Below are positions 36,508 to 46,049 of a DNA stretch of 64,000 bases, in pieces; the first letter of the stretch is position 1; the number at the start of each line of letters is the position of its first letter. Both the position numbers and the translations under genes were made by a program. This DNA comes from a virus. The notes below the pieces were generated by a model, which was not told the DNA's origin, did no database searches, and saw only the letters and a list, made by a program, of their open reading frames with translations. The stretch lies in the IMG/VR virus record IMGVR_UViG_3300036761_001135, positions 64,001 through 128,000 of that record; one strand, written 5' to 3'.

Positions 36508-36939
36508 ATGCCGAATGTGAACCAACTCCCGCCTCTGTTGGACGCTGACATCATGAGGACGTTGGCGTTTCCATTTCAGATGGGTTTGTCTGGATTTCCA
36601 GCCATGAGCGGATCGGAGCGGGCGATTTACCAGTCGATACTTTCGTTGATGATGACTGGTACAAACGAGAGGTTGATGCATGTGGATTTGGGAGTGAATT
36701 TGCACAGGTTGGTATTCGACAACATGACGCCGTTATTGCAGGCGCGCATTGCGACCGAGGTGACGCGTGCCATTGAGACCTGGGAGCCGCGTGCCGAGGT
36801 GATGGGTGTAGATTCTCGCATGGGCGACAAGTCGGACGGTGTGACGACGGCGATCATTGTGGACGTGCTGTACCGCGTGGCGGGGCAGCCTCAGAGCCAG
36901 CAGGTGCAGATCCCGCTGGTCGGGAGCCCAAATGGCTAA
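36508..36939 (+). CDS. gp25: Baseplate wedge protein gp25/GpW-like
   Basis: 'FPF..IYQSILSLMMT..ERLM..G..L..LVFD..I..AIETWEPR'. Confidence 0.9.
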   Translation: MPNVNQLPPLLDADIMRTLAFPFQMGLSGFPAMSGSERAIYQSILSLMMTGTNERLMHVDLGVNLHRLVFDNMTPLLQARIATEVTRAIETWEPRAEVMGVDSRMGDKSDGVTTAIIVDVLYRVAGQPQSQQVQIPLVGSPNG

Positions 36940-39136
36940 CGATACCCATGCTCCATTGGTGGCGGATCGCGCCCCGCTGAACTCTGTGAAGTGGGCGGCC
37001 CGGGACTATCCGAGCATCTTCGACGACCTGTTGCGGCGGCTCAAGCTGTTGTATCAGGAAACATACAACGACTACGCGACGACGACGCAGGGCATCATGC
37101 TGATCGAGATGATGGCCTACGCCACGGCGCAGATTCAGTGGTACATGGACCGCATCGCGTCCGATTGCTTCCTGGACACGGCGCGCACGCATACGGCGGT
37201 TGGGCGCATTGTGCGGCAGTTGGGGTACAAGCTGCGGCCGGCGAGTGCGGCTTCGACGACGTTGACCTTGACCTTCCCTGACGGCACGCCTGGACCGTTT
37301 GTGATGCCGGCTCGCTGGCGTTTTCAGGGGCCAAATGGGCTTGTGTACGAGTCCTATGCTCCGCTCACGGAAACGGCAGCGTTGCCACCTGGAACCACGC
37401 GCACGATCATGGTGCGGCAGGGGGATTCTCGGATTCTGACGTTCACGGGAAACGGCCAGGCGAACCAGGTTTATAATCTCTCGGGAATCCCGGAATCTCG
37501 CTATCTCGCAGACCTGAGCGTTGAGTGTTGGGTGGACGGATTGGAGTGGGAAGAGCGGTCGTTTCTAACCTACGTTGCAGACGAGCAGTTCGAGGTGGAA
37601 TATCTGACCGAGCCCCCGAAGGTGCGGTTTGGAGATGGGATTGCAGGGGCGATTCCGCCATTGGGTGCCGAGGTAAAGTTTCGGTTTGTGATTATCGACG
37701 GGGTGAAGGGAAACAATCCGAAGTCGGGGAGCATTCGATCCAGCATCGACACGTTGGTGGTAGGCGGCACGCTGGTCACGATGACGGTGTCGAATCCGGT
37801 ATCTCCGAGCGGCGGTGCGGACCCCGAGACGGTGGAGCACGCCAAGAATCTGGCACCGTTGTCCTTCGCGGCGCGCGGTGTGGCGATTACCGAGAACGAC
37901 TACAACGCGCTGTCCAACAGCTTTGTGGACGCGCTCTATGGGTCGGTGGCCAAGGCGTATGCCTTCAACCCGCGCGGCACGTATTCAGACATCACGTTTG
38001 ACACGCTGGTAGTGGAGATTGTCGGTGCGCTCATCGTGTATGTGGATGCAGTCTCGTTATTGGAGACGAGCATTGCGGACGACGTGGCAGCCATCACGCC
38101 ATTGCTGGAGTCCATCAACGCCGACCTGGTAGATTTAGAGGAGTTGCGCGTCGATCAGGAGGGGTTTGCTGGGTCGGCGAAGTCGATCATTGGTGGGGCG
38201 CAGGCGAACTGCACGACGGCCGAGTCCACGCTGGTCGGAATCAAGACCACGGCGGAAGACCAGAAGGCGGCGTTACAAGATCTGGTCGATTATGTGCTGA
38301 CGAATGTGACTGCCGGGGCGACGCGGGACTATATCGAGGCGGATCTGAACGCGGCGATAGCGCAGGCGACGACGATTGTACAGAAGTCCACGCAGGCCAC
38401 AGGGGATGTCCAGACGGCCCAGAACGCCATGGGCAACGCTATTTCGAACGCGATCAATCCGCTGTTGGAGACGATTACGGATTTGTCTCCAACCTCGCCT
38501 GACACGTCGTTACCTCAGATCATCGCAGCGATGACGGCGGACACAGCGGGCATTGACGCGCTCTTGCCTGGGATGACAGCGGACGCGACGGCCATGGTAG
38601 GTGCTTCGCAGGCGTTGAAGACGGACATCGACGCTCATTTGGCGAGCATGCAGGTACGGATTGGAGAGTTGTTCTCGGACGACTGTTTGAGCAACTACGT
38701 ACAGGTGCCGATTCTGGCGCAGGACGCGGATGGAAACTACATCGCTCCTTCGGCCGGGATCATGGCGAGTCTCCAGACGTACTTGGACGGGGTAAAAGAG
38801 GTCACGCAGCAGGTTGAGGTCATCGACGGGTCTCCAATTCTGGTGCCGGCGCAGATTGCGATCCAGGCGCTAGTCGGTTCTGCCTACATTTACGACGAGG
38901 AGATCGCTAAGGTGAGATCTGCGGTGATTGAGTTACTCAAGGCGAGGGATTTCAACACGCCGTTGTACCTATCTCAGCTTTACGATACGGCGAAGAAGGC
39001 GAGCATTGGATTCTCGCATGTGAACATTCAGATCGCGGGTCCGGTGGAGTTCTTGGACGCGGGCGGCAACTTGGTTCCGCCTGAAAACCGGATCATCACG
39101 TTGGGTAGCCTCACCATTACGCAGCTCTACTCGTAG
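36932..39136 (+). CDS. Baseplate wedge protein gp6/J-like
   Basis: 'RDY..I...GIMLIEMMAY..FLDTA..LGYK', 'VRFGDGIAG.IPP' and 'SGGADPET..K..AP..R.VAITENDY'. Confidence 0.9.
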   Translation: MANDTHAPLVADRAPLNSVKWAARDYPSIFDDLLRRLKLLYQETYNDYATTTQGIMLIEMMAYATAQIQWYMDRIASDCFLDTARTHTAVGRIVRQLGYKLRPASAASTTLTLTFPDGTPGPFVMPARWRFQGPNGLVYESYAPLTETAALPPGTTRTIMVRQGDSRILTFTGNGQANQVYNLSGIPESRYLADLSVECWVDGLEWEERSFLTYVADEQFEVEYLTEPPKVRFGDGIAGAIPPLGAEVKFRFVIIDGVKGNNPKSGSIRSSIDTLVVGGTLVTMTVSNPVSPSGGADPETVEHAKNLAPLSFAARGVAITENDYNALSNSFVDALYGSVAKAYAFNPRGTYSDITFDTLVVEIVGALIVYVDAVSLLETSIADDVAAITPLLESINADLVDLEELRVDQEGFAGSAKSIIGGAQANCTTAESTLVGIKTTAEDQKAALQDLVDYVLTNVTAGATRDYIEADLNAAIAQATTIVQKSTQATGDVQTAQNAMGNAISNAINPLLETITDLSPTSPDTSLPQIIAAMTADTAGIDALLPGMTADATAMVGASQALKTDIDAHLASMQVRIGELFSDDCLSNYVQVPILAQDADGNYIAPSAGIMASLQTYLDGVKEVTQQVEVIDGSPILVPAQIAIQALVGSAYIYDEEIAKVRSAVIELLKARDFNTPLYLSQLYDTAKKASIGFSHVNIQIAGPVEFLDAGGNLVPPENRIITLGSLTITQLYS

Positions 39137-39144
39137 GAGGGCAG

Positions 39145-40899
39145 TTGATGACGACTTCGCATACCCCGCGCTTCTCGCTGCCCATCCCGACCTGGAACGC
39201 CGATTGGCAAAAGTGGCAGCAGGTATTTGAGACCTTTGCCACTGGCGTGGACTCCACCCTATTCTCGTTGTTGGAGCACACGACGCTCCTTCCTCGCGTG
39301 CTTCCGACCGTGTCGATTACGGGGGACGTGTTCTCGCAATCCGGTCCGGCTCAGTTTGTTTCGCGCACGTTGCAGGTGGCGATAGAGGTTGGTCCAAACT
39401 CGTTGACGTTGATCCCGGGATCGCTCGTGTGCGCGCATTTGCTATCTGGTGCTGTGGGTCCGCAGGCCATCGAGTGGGAGTTGCGGATCACGAGCACTGA
39501 GGCAGATGCGGACCTTGTCGTGTTCGGCGTGGTTGGAGATGATTACGCGATCACTTGGTACAACGGGGCGCGGTTGGAGCCGGGCACGCCGATGGCGTTG
39601 TTTGCGTTTGCGGGTGGAGGCGGTGGTGGTGGGCTCGATCCGGCTCCGTTCGACTGGGTGTTCGTGCCCACGCTGCTGTCGGTCGCTCAGAACGGTCAGT
39701 ATTTCTTTTGCATTGGGACTCCGTCTGGTAACGGGGACATCACGCTCCCGGCGAGTCCGACGGCTGGGATGCAGTTCACGATCATGGCCAGTGGGGGTGG
39801 CATCAAGATCAGCGGTAGTCCGACGCGACCGATCATTGGTCCGGGACCGTTTGCTAGTGGCGTCCTGGACCTGGCGATGTCGAACGAGAGCGCGGTCACG
39901 TTGACCTGCAAGGACATGGCCCCGCTTGCGCCTGGGGTCATGTCGTGGGTCATGACGGCTGGCGTCGGGCAGGTCGCCGACGATGCGGATCCGACCAGCA
40001 CGTTCAACTTCAACTTCAACGCGCCGTCGAGCTTCCCCACCGATGCAGCCGGAACGCTACTCGGTATCACGGCGGACGGGATCGTGCAGTTAGGGACAGA
40101 TCTGTACGGAACGAAGCGCGCTGGATCGCAGCAGCATGGGGGCGGAACGCCGGTAGACATTGGGCCGTCGGAGATTTGGAAACTGATCGAGAGCGGACGC
40201 AGCGACACCACCGGGACGGCTCCGGTGGTCTGCACGCTGGATGGGTTCGCGTGGTTGAACGACGACGGCTGGGAGTGCGAGTTCCTGGTCGGGGTGGACG
40301 CGGCACAGGACACGGTGCCCATGACGGTGAAGACCCCGCCGCTCACGACGGACATCTGCATCCAGGGGTCGCGCTACGTGAACAGCATCACCTGCGCGGA
40401 CGTGGGCGGGTACGTGCGACTGCGGTGGGCTCCGTGGGGGATCGGGCGCGGGCACTTCATCGTGACGGGCGGGCGCGGAACGTGGACGGATGAGTTCGGT
40501 GGCGTGCATAGCCTATCTGGAAGCGTTGAGGCGGAGTCCTACACCTGGGACAAGGTGGTCGCCGGGGGCACCGATGAGGTCGGGTCGGTGGTGACTCCGC
40601 TTGTCTCCGGGATCGGGTACAGCCTGAAGGTGGAGTGCATCGCGGGCACAGCGCCCTCGGGAGCGGATCTGGAATTGGCTGATGCGGCCTTCAGTGGGAG
40701 CCACGAGGTTATGTACCAGATCGGTCTGACCGGGGGCGGCATCCCGCGCTATGATCCCAGCCTGAATCCTACATGGATTGATCGCAATCCATTCGGTTTC
40801 GAGGGGTTGACCGGCGCGTGGCACTGGAGGCTGACGAATCTAGGCGGGACGACGGTGACATTTCGCGTGACGGTGCGCTGTCACGGGACGAGGAGTTGA
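39145..40899 (+). CDS. Tail fibre/baseplate-associated protein, paralog of 43188-44744
   Basis: Shared N-terminal 'PIP.WNADWQKWQQ.F' domain and Gly linker. Confidence 0.7.
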   Translation: MMTTSHTPRFSLPIPTWNADWQKWQQVFETFATGVDSTLFSLLEHTTLLPRVLPTVSITGDVFSQSGPAQFVSRTLQVAIEVGPNSLTLIPGSLVCAHLLSGAVGPQAIEWELRITSTEADADLVVFGVVGDDYAITWYNGARLEPGTPMALFAFAGGGGGGGLDPAPFDWVFVPTLLSVAQNGQYFFCIGTPSGNGDITLPASPTAGMQFTIMASGGGIKISGSPTRPIIGPGPFASGVLDLAMSNESAVTLTCKDMAPLAPGVMSWVMTAGVGQVADDADPTSTFNFNFNAPSSFPTDAAGTLLGITADGIVQLGTDLYGTKRAGSQQHGGGTPVDIGPSEIWKLIESGRSDTTGTAPVVCTLDGFAWLNDDGWECEFLVGVDAAQDTVPMTVKTPPLTTDICIQGSRYVNSITCADVGGYVRLRWAPWGIGRGHFIVTGGRGTWTDEFGGVHSLSGSVEAESYTWDKVVAGGTDEVGSVVTPLVSGIGYSLKVECIAGTAPSGADLELADAAFSGSHEVMYQIGLTGGGIPRYDPSLNPTWIDRNPFGFEGLTGAWHWRLTNLGGTTVTFRVTVRCHGTRS

Positions 40900-40900
40900 C

Positions 40901-41938
40901 ATGGCCGCACCGACAAGAACGAAAACGTGGGTGAAGCATTCGCATTACGTGGTAACGGCTGATGCTCCGACGCCACAGGCTGGGCAAACGGTAGACCGTA
41001 GCGCGGCACGGTACATCATGCACCTCATCAAGACGCAGTGGATCGCCATGGGGGGCACGGTGGCGCGCAGTTGCGGGTACTACGATGCCGGAGGTGGTGC
41101 GGCATGGCATTACGGGGCAGCGGACCATTGGCCAGATGCGGCATCGGTGCGGTGGAAAGAGGGCGACGGAAAGTTCGGTTGGGTCGTGTTGAAGAACACG
41201 AACATGCACAGCGGAGGTAACGGCTTCCAGGTACTTTTGGCTCTGACCAGAGATCGCACGCTTACATACTACATGACGATGGCGGTCTCGTTGGAGGCGG
41301 GCTTCACGGATGGGACCGAGACGACGCGCCCGACAGCGACGGATGAGGTGATCGTTTACAACGATGAGGCGTGGTATTCGACTGCCGGGGCGGGATACTC
41401 GCAGTGTCCGATGTCGCTGAATATCTGGTACGCTAACGATGGAACCAGTTTCCGTGTATTTGGTTGTGGAGTGGCGGCAGAAGAGACTTATAGAACTTTA
41501 AATCCGTGGATGTTCGAGAAGTTGGTAGACGCGCCGACCTGGCTAGATAAGCCGGTTGCTTTTGGGGCCATGTGGTGGCGGAGAACCAGCATGGTGGGTG
41601 ATCCGCCCGCATCATTTAGGCGCATGTTTTTCTGCTGCGACGACTTGGTAGCGATTCAGGCGATGATGTCTGTCGAGGGCATTTATGGCCTTGGACCGCT
41701 GACACAGCATGCAGCCTGTCAGGTATCTGACATGGGTGGATCGTGGCCGGTGTTTCCGGTGTCTGTGATAAGTATATATCCGTCTGTTCCCGGGTACATA
41801 GGGAAACTGGTTGACTTCTGGGCCGTACCGGATGCGTTGGCCAGCGGGGACTACATGCCAGGGGATGGGTCGATGGCGATGGCGGTGGTGCAGGACGTGT
41901 TGCAGGGAAATGACGGGACAGCCGTCATGATATCGTAG
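40901..41938 (+). CDS. Virion structural protein, paralog of 41948-42928
   Basis: Shared 'S..AGFT.G....RPTATDEV', 'WMF..L.D' and 'G.WPVF' motifs. Confidence 0.7.
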   Translation: MAAPTRTKTWVKHSHYVVTADAPTPQAGQTVDRSAARYIMHLIKTQWIAMGGTVARSCGYYDAGGGAAWHYGAADHWPDAASVRWKEGDGKFGWVVLKNTNMHSGGNGFQVLLALTRDRTLTYYMTMAVSLEAGFTDGTETTRPTATDEVIVYNDEAWYSTAGAGYSQCPMSLNIWYANDGTSFRVFGCGVAAEETYRTLNPWMFEKLVDAPTWLDKPVAFGAMWWRRTSMVGDPPASFRRMFFCCDDLVAIQAMMSVEGIYGLGPLTQHAACQVSDMGGSWPVFPVSVISIYPSVPGYIGKLVDFWAVPDALASGDYMPGDGSMAMAVVQDVLQGNDGTAVMIS

Positions 41939-41947
41939 GAGGTTCGC

Positions 41948-42928
41948 ATGAGTGGACTCAGTCGGATCAGGGCGTATGCGAACAAGCGCATGATAGTGTA
42001 TGGGACACTAACTACAACTTATTATGACAATATGTTTTGGATGATCAAGGAGGCCATGCAGTACGGCACGAACGGGGTCAAAGTGGGGGGCATAGCGGCG
42101 TGGACGGTTGTGGGTAGTAGCAATAGCGTGAATTTCAATATGGCTGGCACGGATTTGTTAGTCGCACCGGCAAACATCGTGCAGGCTACTGGAAATCACT
42201 CGTGGATCGTGTTGCAGCAGCCGTTGCAGGGGGCCGCACCGGGCTATCTTCAGGTCTGCTTTGATTGGAATAGTGCGTCAGGCGGGTCTATGTCGATGGC
42301 CTTTTCTGTATCCGCAGGATTTACAGTTGGAGCGATTAATGCTCGACCGACCGCGACAGATGAGGTCGTTATGTTCACGGCTGGGGCGGTTTTTGGAGGC
42401 ACGACGAGTACGGGTAGTTGCGGTGTGAACTGCCTAAAGAGTACGGATGGAAAGTCTACGCGCATTGTTGTCACGCGGGACGGGGCATTAGAGACGCGGG
42501 GGTTTTGGATGTTCGATGAGCTGATCGATATCGAGAGTTACTGGATCTCGAAGAGTATCGTTTGTGCTACGAGCTTGACTCACGCAATGTTGAGTGGTGG
42601 GGCGAACATTTTCAACTATCAGGGTGGAAGCCATTCAGGTCGACTGACATGGGCGGGGATGACAAGTTACGTGTTGTCGGAGCAGTTTGCGGTTCCGACG
42701 ATGCATCGCCCTAGTTATGGTGGAGAGTGGCCGGTGTTCAAGGTAGGCTTCTGTAACACGGTGGGCACCAACAAAGGGTGGCTAGGGTCGGTAGCGGATA
42801 TGTGGGCGGCTCCATACACGATGCCAACAGGCCAGTATTTGGGGTCGTCTCTCGGGGGAGAATTTCAGTACGTCAACATTGGAGGCTTGGTGTTCCCCTG
42901 GACCGGGGAGCCCCTGGCGTTGCCATAA
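41948..42928 (+). CDS. Virion structural protein, paralog of 40901-41938
   Basis: Same shared motifs as 40901-41938; AGGAGG SD. Confidence 0.7.
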   Translation: MSGLSRIRAYANKRMIVYGTLTTTYYDNMFWMIKEAMQYGTNGVKVGGIAAWTVVGSSNSVNFNMAGTDLLVAPANIVQATGNHSWIVLQQPLQGAAPGYLQVCFDWNSASGGSMSMAFSVSAGFTVGAINARPTATDEVVMFTAGAVFGGTTSTGSCGVNCLKSTDGKSTRIVVTRDGALETRGFWMFDELIDIESYWISKSIVCATSLTHAMLSGGANIFNYQGGSHSGRLTWAGMTSYVLSEQFAVPTMHRPSYGGEWPVFKVGFCNTVGTNKGWLGSVADMWAAPYTMPTGQYLGSSLGGEFQYVNIGGLVFPWTGEPLALP

Positions 42929-43101
42929 TGGCGAACCTGACTGGGACATTGGGTTCTGGCGAGATCGATATGCCGAGTAGCGAACTCGATGGCATAGATG
43001 GCGACGGGGAGATCGATCTCGTCAGTTGGGGTGGCAGTCCGCCTGAGTCTCCGTGTGAGCCCGTGCGGTCTATTCCGCGTCTCGTCCGCACGGATCCGTA
43101 G
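42928..43101 (+). CDS. Small hypothetical protein
   Basis: TAATG coupling; MANLTGTLGSGEID... Confidence 0.5.
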   Translation: MANLTGTLGSGEIDMPSSELDGIDGDGEIDLVSWGGSPPESPCEPVRSIPRLVRTDP

Positions 43102-43187
43102 GCGCGTGGGAAGTGGAGGTCGTGATATCGTCCAGATGGTGCAACCGGCGTCTCGATCCGGTATTCTATCCGGGTTAGGAGAACAGC

Positions 43188-44744
43188 ATGGCGCAGGCGA
43201 GTAATACAGGACATTTTCAGTGGCCGATTCCGAATTGGAACGCCGACTGGCAGAAGTGGCAGCAGATGTTCGGGACGTTTGCCCACGGGGTGGACGCCTG
43301 CGTCTTTGGCATCCTAGAGCACATCACAGTGCTCGCCAAGACGCTCCCGAGCGCGGTGATCATCGACCCGGGGACGCATGTGTTTTCGCAGAACGCGGCG
43401 GCGGTCTTCGTCTCGCGGACGCTTCAGACACAGATCTACGTGGGGCCGACCCCGTTGACGTTGATTCCGGGGGCGCTGGTGTGCGCGTCTCTTCAGCCGG
43501 GAGCGGTTGGTCCACAGGTTGTGGATTGGGAGTTGCGGGATGGAAGCACTCCGGTCGATCCGGCATTGGTCGTGTTTGGAGTGGTGGCGGACGACTATGC
43601 GATCCGCTGGTACAACGGGGCGCGGTTGCCGCTGGGCACGGCTATGGTGTTGTTCGAATTTCCAGGCGGGAGTGGGCCGGGCGGTGGATTAGATCCAGCG
43701 CCGTTCCTGACGCTTTCGGCGAACACGGTGCTGACCGAATCTCAAAACGGGCAGTATTTCGAGACGAATAATGTTGGGGGCACGGTAACAGTGACGCTGC
43801 CGACCGACCCGACGGACGGCATGCAGTACACGGTGGTTGCTGGGAAGGGCACTACGACCGTCGTGGAGGCAGGTGGGACGAACGGCATACTCTGGCCGCA
43901 GTCCACGGTGAGCGTGCCCCTGGTGCCTGATTTGCGGGCGGCTCCGACGACGTTGGCACCTGTTCGATTGACGATCACGGCGAAGGATCTCACGGCGTTT
44001 GGGATCTCGGAGATCGCGTGGATAGCGACGTCGGCGACGGGGTTGTGGACAGACGCGGTGAGTGGCAAGGCGTTTGACTTCAATTTCCCGGTGACGGTGA
44101 GTAGCGGGTTGCTCATCGACGATCCTTTGGTTGGGACCAAGTCGGTGGCGGGTGCGCCTGCGTTGGTAAGTGACGCAGCGGCGGTGACACCGTTCCGGCT
44201 GAAGTGCGAGTCGGACACCCATTTGCGCAGCGTGGACATGACGGTGACGCGAACCCAGGTTCGTGCCTTACTGGAGAGCTACCACGGGTCGGCCTCGGTG
44301 GTCCCGGTTGCGTTTACGGTGAACACCACGGTGTTTGCAGCGGTGGCAGACGACGGGTGGGTGGCCACGTTCAAGGTCGGAGCGAACACGTCGGGTGCAG
44401 CGGTTCCAATCGTTGTGCAGAACGAGGGCGTGGTGACCGAGATTTCCATTGGAGACGCGCCATTTGTCCACAGCATTACCTGCTCGCAGCTTGGGGCGAG
44501 TATCATCCTGCGGCACACGGGAAATCCGCTGGGGTCGCGTGGCCGGTTCCAAGTCATAGCGGGGTCTGGCACATGGACGGACAATCTTGGTGGCGTGCAT
44601 GTTTTCGATAGTTTGGGCGCGCTGGACGGGGCTGCGAATCCCAATGGGATCGTGACCGGGGTTCTTGGGCAGTCGTACTATCAGACAGGGGTGGGCGTAT
44701 TTTGGATCAATATAGACGGCAGCACGGAATGGATCGTACAGTAG
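43188..44744 (+). CDS. Tail fibre/baseplate-associated protein, paralog of 39145-40899
   Basis: Colinear similarity through 'GRF.V..G.GTWTD..GGVH'. Confidence 0.7.
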   Translation: MAQASNTGHFQWPIPNWNADWQKWQQMFGTFAHGVDACVFGILEHITVLAKTLPSAVIIDPGTHVFSQNAAAVFVSRTLQTQIYVGPTPLTLIPGALVCASLQPGAVGPQVVDWELRDGSTPVDPALVVFGVVADDYAIRWYNGARLPLGTAMVLFEFPGGSGPGGGLDPAPFLTLSANTVLTESQNGQYFETNNVGGTVTVTLPTDPTDGMQYTVVAGKGTTTVVEAGGTNGILWPQSTVSVPLVPDLRAAPTTLAPVRLTITAKDLTAFGISEIAWIATSATGLWTDAVSGKAFDFNFPVTVSSGLLIDDPLVGTKSVAGAPALVSDAAAVTPFRLKCESDTHLRSVDMTVTRTQVRALLESYHGSASVVPVAFTVNTTVFAAVADDGWVATFKVGANTSGAAVPIVVQNEGVVTEISIGDAPFVHSITCSQLGASIILRHTGNPLGSRGRFQVIAGSGTWTDNLGGVHVFDSLGALDGAANPNGIVTGVLGQSYYQTGVGVFWINIDGSTEWIVQ

Positions 44745-44797
44745 CGTAAAGTTACACGGTTCTCGGCAATATCGCCGGGTCACAAAGGAGTTCACCA

Positions 44798-45949
44798 ATG
44801 GCAGGGTTCACCAGTCCGTATCGCTACCACAACTTCATCGGCAATCACGCAAACAAAGCAGCGGCCAAGACGTTCTTCGAGACCACCCTGGGCTGGGGCA
44901 CGATGGGCGCGAGCGTCGGCCTTGGCGTCTCCTACTGGGACGACACAGCCGTGTTGATCAAGGTCTGGAACGGCTCGGATTTTGTAGCCCTAACTGCCGC
45001 GACTCCGGCACTGAGCGCAGTGCTCGCGGTTGGCGCGGACGCGAACTCTGTCGTCATCACGAACCTCGGAGCGCCGAACAATGCAGGCGATGCGGCGACC
45101 AAGGGATACGTGGACAGCGTGGCCACGGGCCTCATGTGGAAGCCCCCGGTCCTCGTGATCAACATGGTGAGCAACGCTGACCAAAGCGGAGCCGACCCGA
45201 CCGGCATGGTCAAGGGCGACTGCTACGTCGTGAACAACTGGCTCACCACGGATTGGGACGATGGCGACATCGTGGAGTACAGCGGCACGGCGTGGGTACG
45301 TATCCAAGCCGCGACGACTGGCGAGCCTGCCGATGGCACACGCGTTATCGTGAAGGCGACTGGCGCGGCGGGATCGTTCGTGGGCCAGGCCAACAAGGTC
45401 TCCACCTACAACGCCACGACAGACGCCTGGGCACATGCGGCTCCGGCAGACGGTTGGGCGGCGCTGGTCATCGGTAACGGCGGCATCTGGAGCGACACCG
45501 GCTGGACCTACACCGGATCGGCGTGGGTACAGTTCACTGGCGCTGGCCAGATCAACGCTGGTTCCGGTCTCACCAAGGACGGAAACACTCTGAACGTCGG
45601 TAAGGGCGACGGCATCGCGGTCGGTAACGACACCGTGGGCATCGACCTGACCTCCAGCAACCCCGGCTTAGAGCTGACTGGCACCAGCCCGAACAAGACC
45701 CTGCAAGTCATGGCGGACGGAGCCCACGGTATCGTGCGCGGCGCGTCCGGCGTCGAGATCGAGCTGGCGGCCACGGCGGCCAAGGGCGGTCTGGTCGTCG
45801 ACTCCGATGGCGTGCGCTCGATGCAGTTCAACGCTGGCAACCCCAACAGCGTCGTGACCGGCGTGCTGGGCGAGTTCTGCCTGGATACCACGAGCAAGGT
45901 GCTCTACGTCTGCACGACGGCGGGCAGCGCCAACTGGAACGTGGTCTGA
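44798..45949 (+). CDS. Tail fibre-like structural protein
   Basis: 'ITNLGAP...DAATKGYVD..GL.WK' and 'WVQFTGAGQINAGSGLTKDGNTLNV' motifs. Confidence 0.8.
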   Translation: MAGFTSPYRYHNFIGNHANKAAAKTFFETTLGWGTMGASVGLGVSYWDDTAVLIKVWNGSDFVALTAATPALSAVLAVGADANSVVITNLGAPNNAGDAATKGYVDSVATGLMWKPPVLVINMVSNADQSGADPTGMVKGDCYVVNNWLTTDWDDGDIVEYSGTAWVRIQAATTGEPADGTRVIVKATGAAGSFVGQANKVSTYNATTDAWAHAAPADGWAALVIGNGGIWSDTGWTYTGSAWVQFTGAGQINAGSGLTKDGNTLNVGKGDGIAVGNDTVGIDLTSSNPGLELTGTSPNKTLQVMADGAHGIVRGASGVEIELAATAAKGGLVVDSDGVRSMQFNAGNPNSVVTGVLGEFCLDTTSKVLYVCTTAGSANWNVV

Positions 45950-45965
45950 CGATCTCGGGATCTGT

Positions 45966-46026
45966 GGGGTCGGGTAGACGGTCTCTTGTGCTTTTCTCCT
46001 CTGGCTACCCGGCCCCGCCTTTTTTT
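45966..46026 (+). terminator. Rho-independent terminator
   Basis: GGGGTCGGGTAG ... CTACCCGGCCCC stem followed by T7. Confidence 0.7.
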
Positions 46027-46049
46027 GAGTTGCGCGATGAGGTGCCTGC

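Noticed and set aside
9062-39136. Stand-alone eCIS/tailocin or T6SS locus
   Set aside because: A major capsid gene, neck genes, a tape measure gene and phage accessory genes are present; no AAA ATPase or membrane complex is seen.
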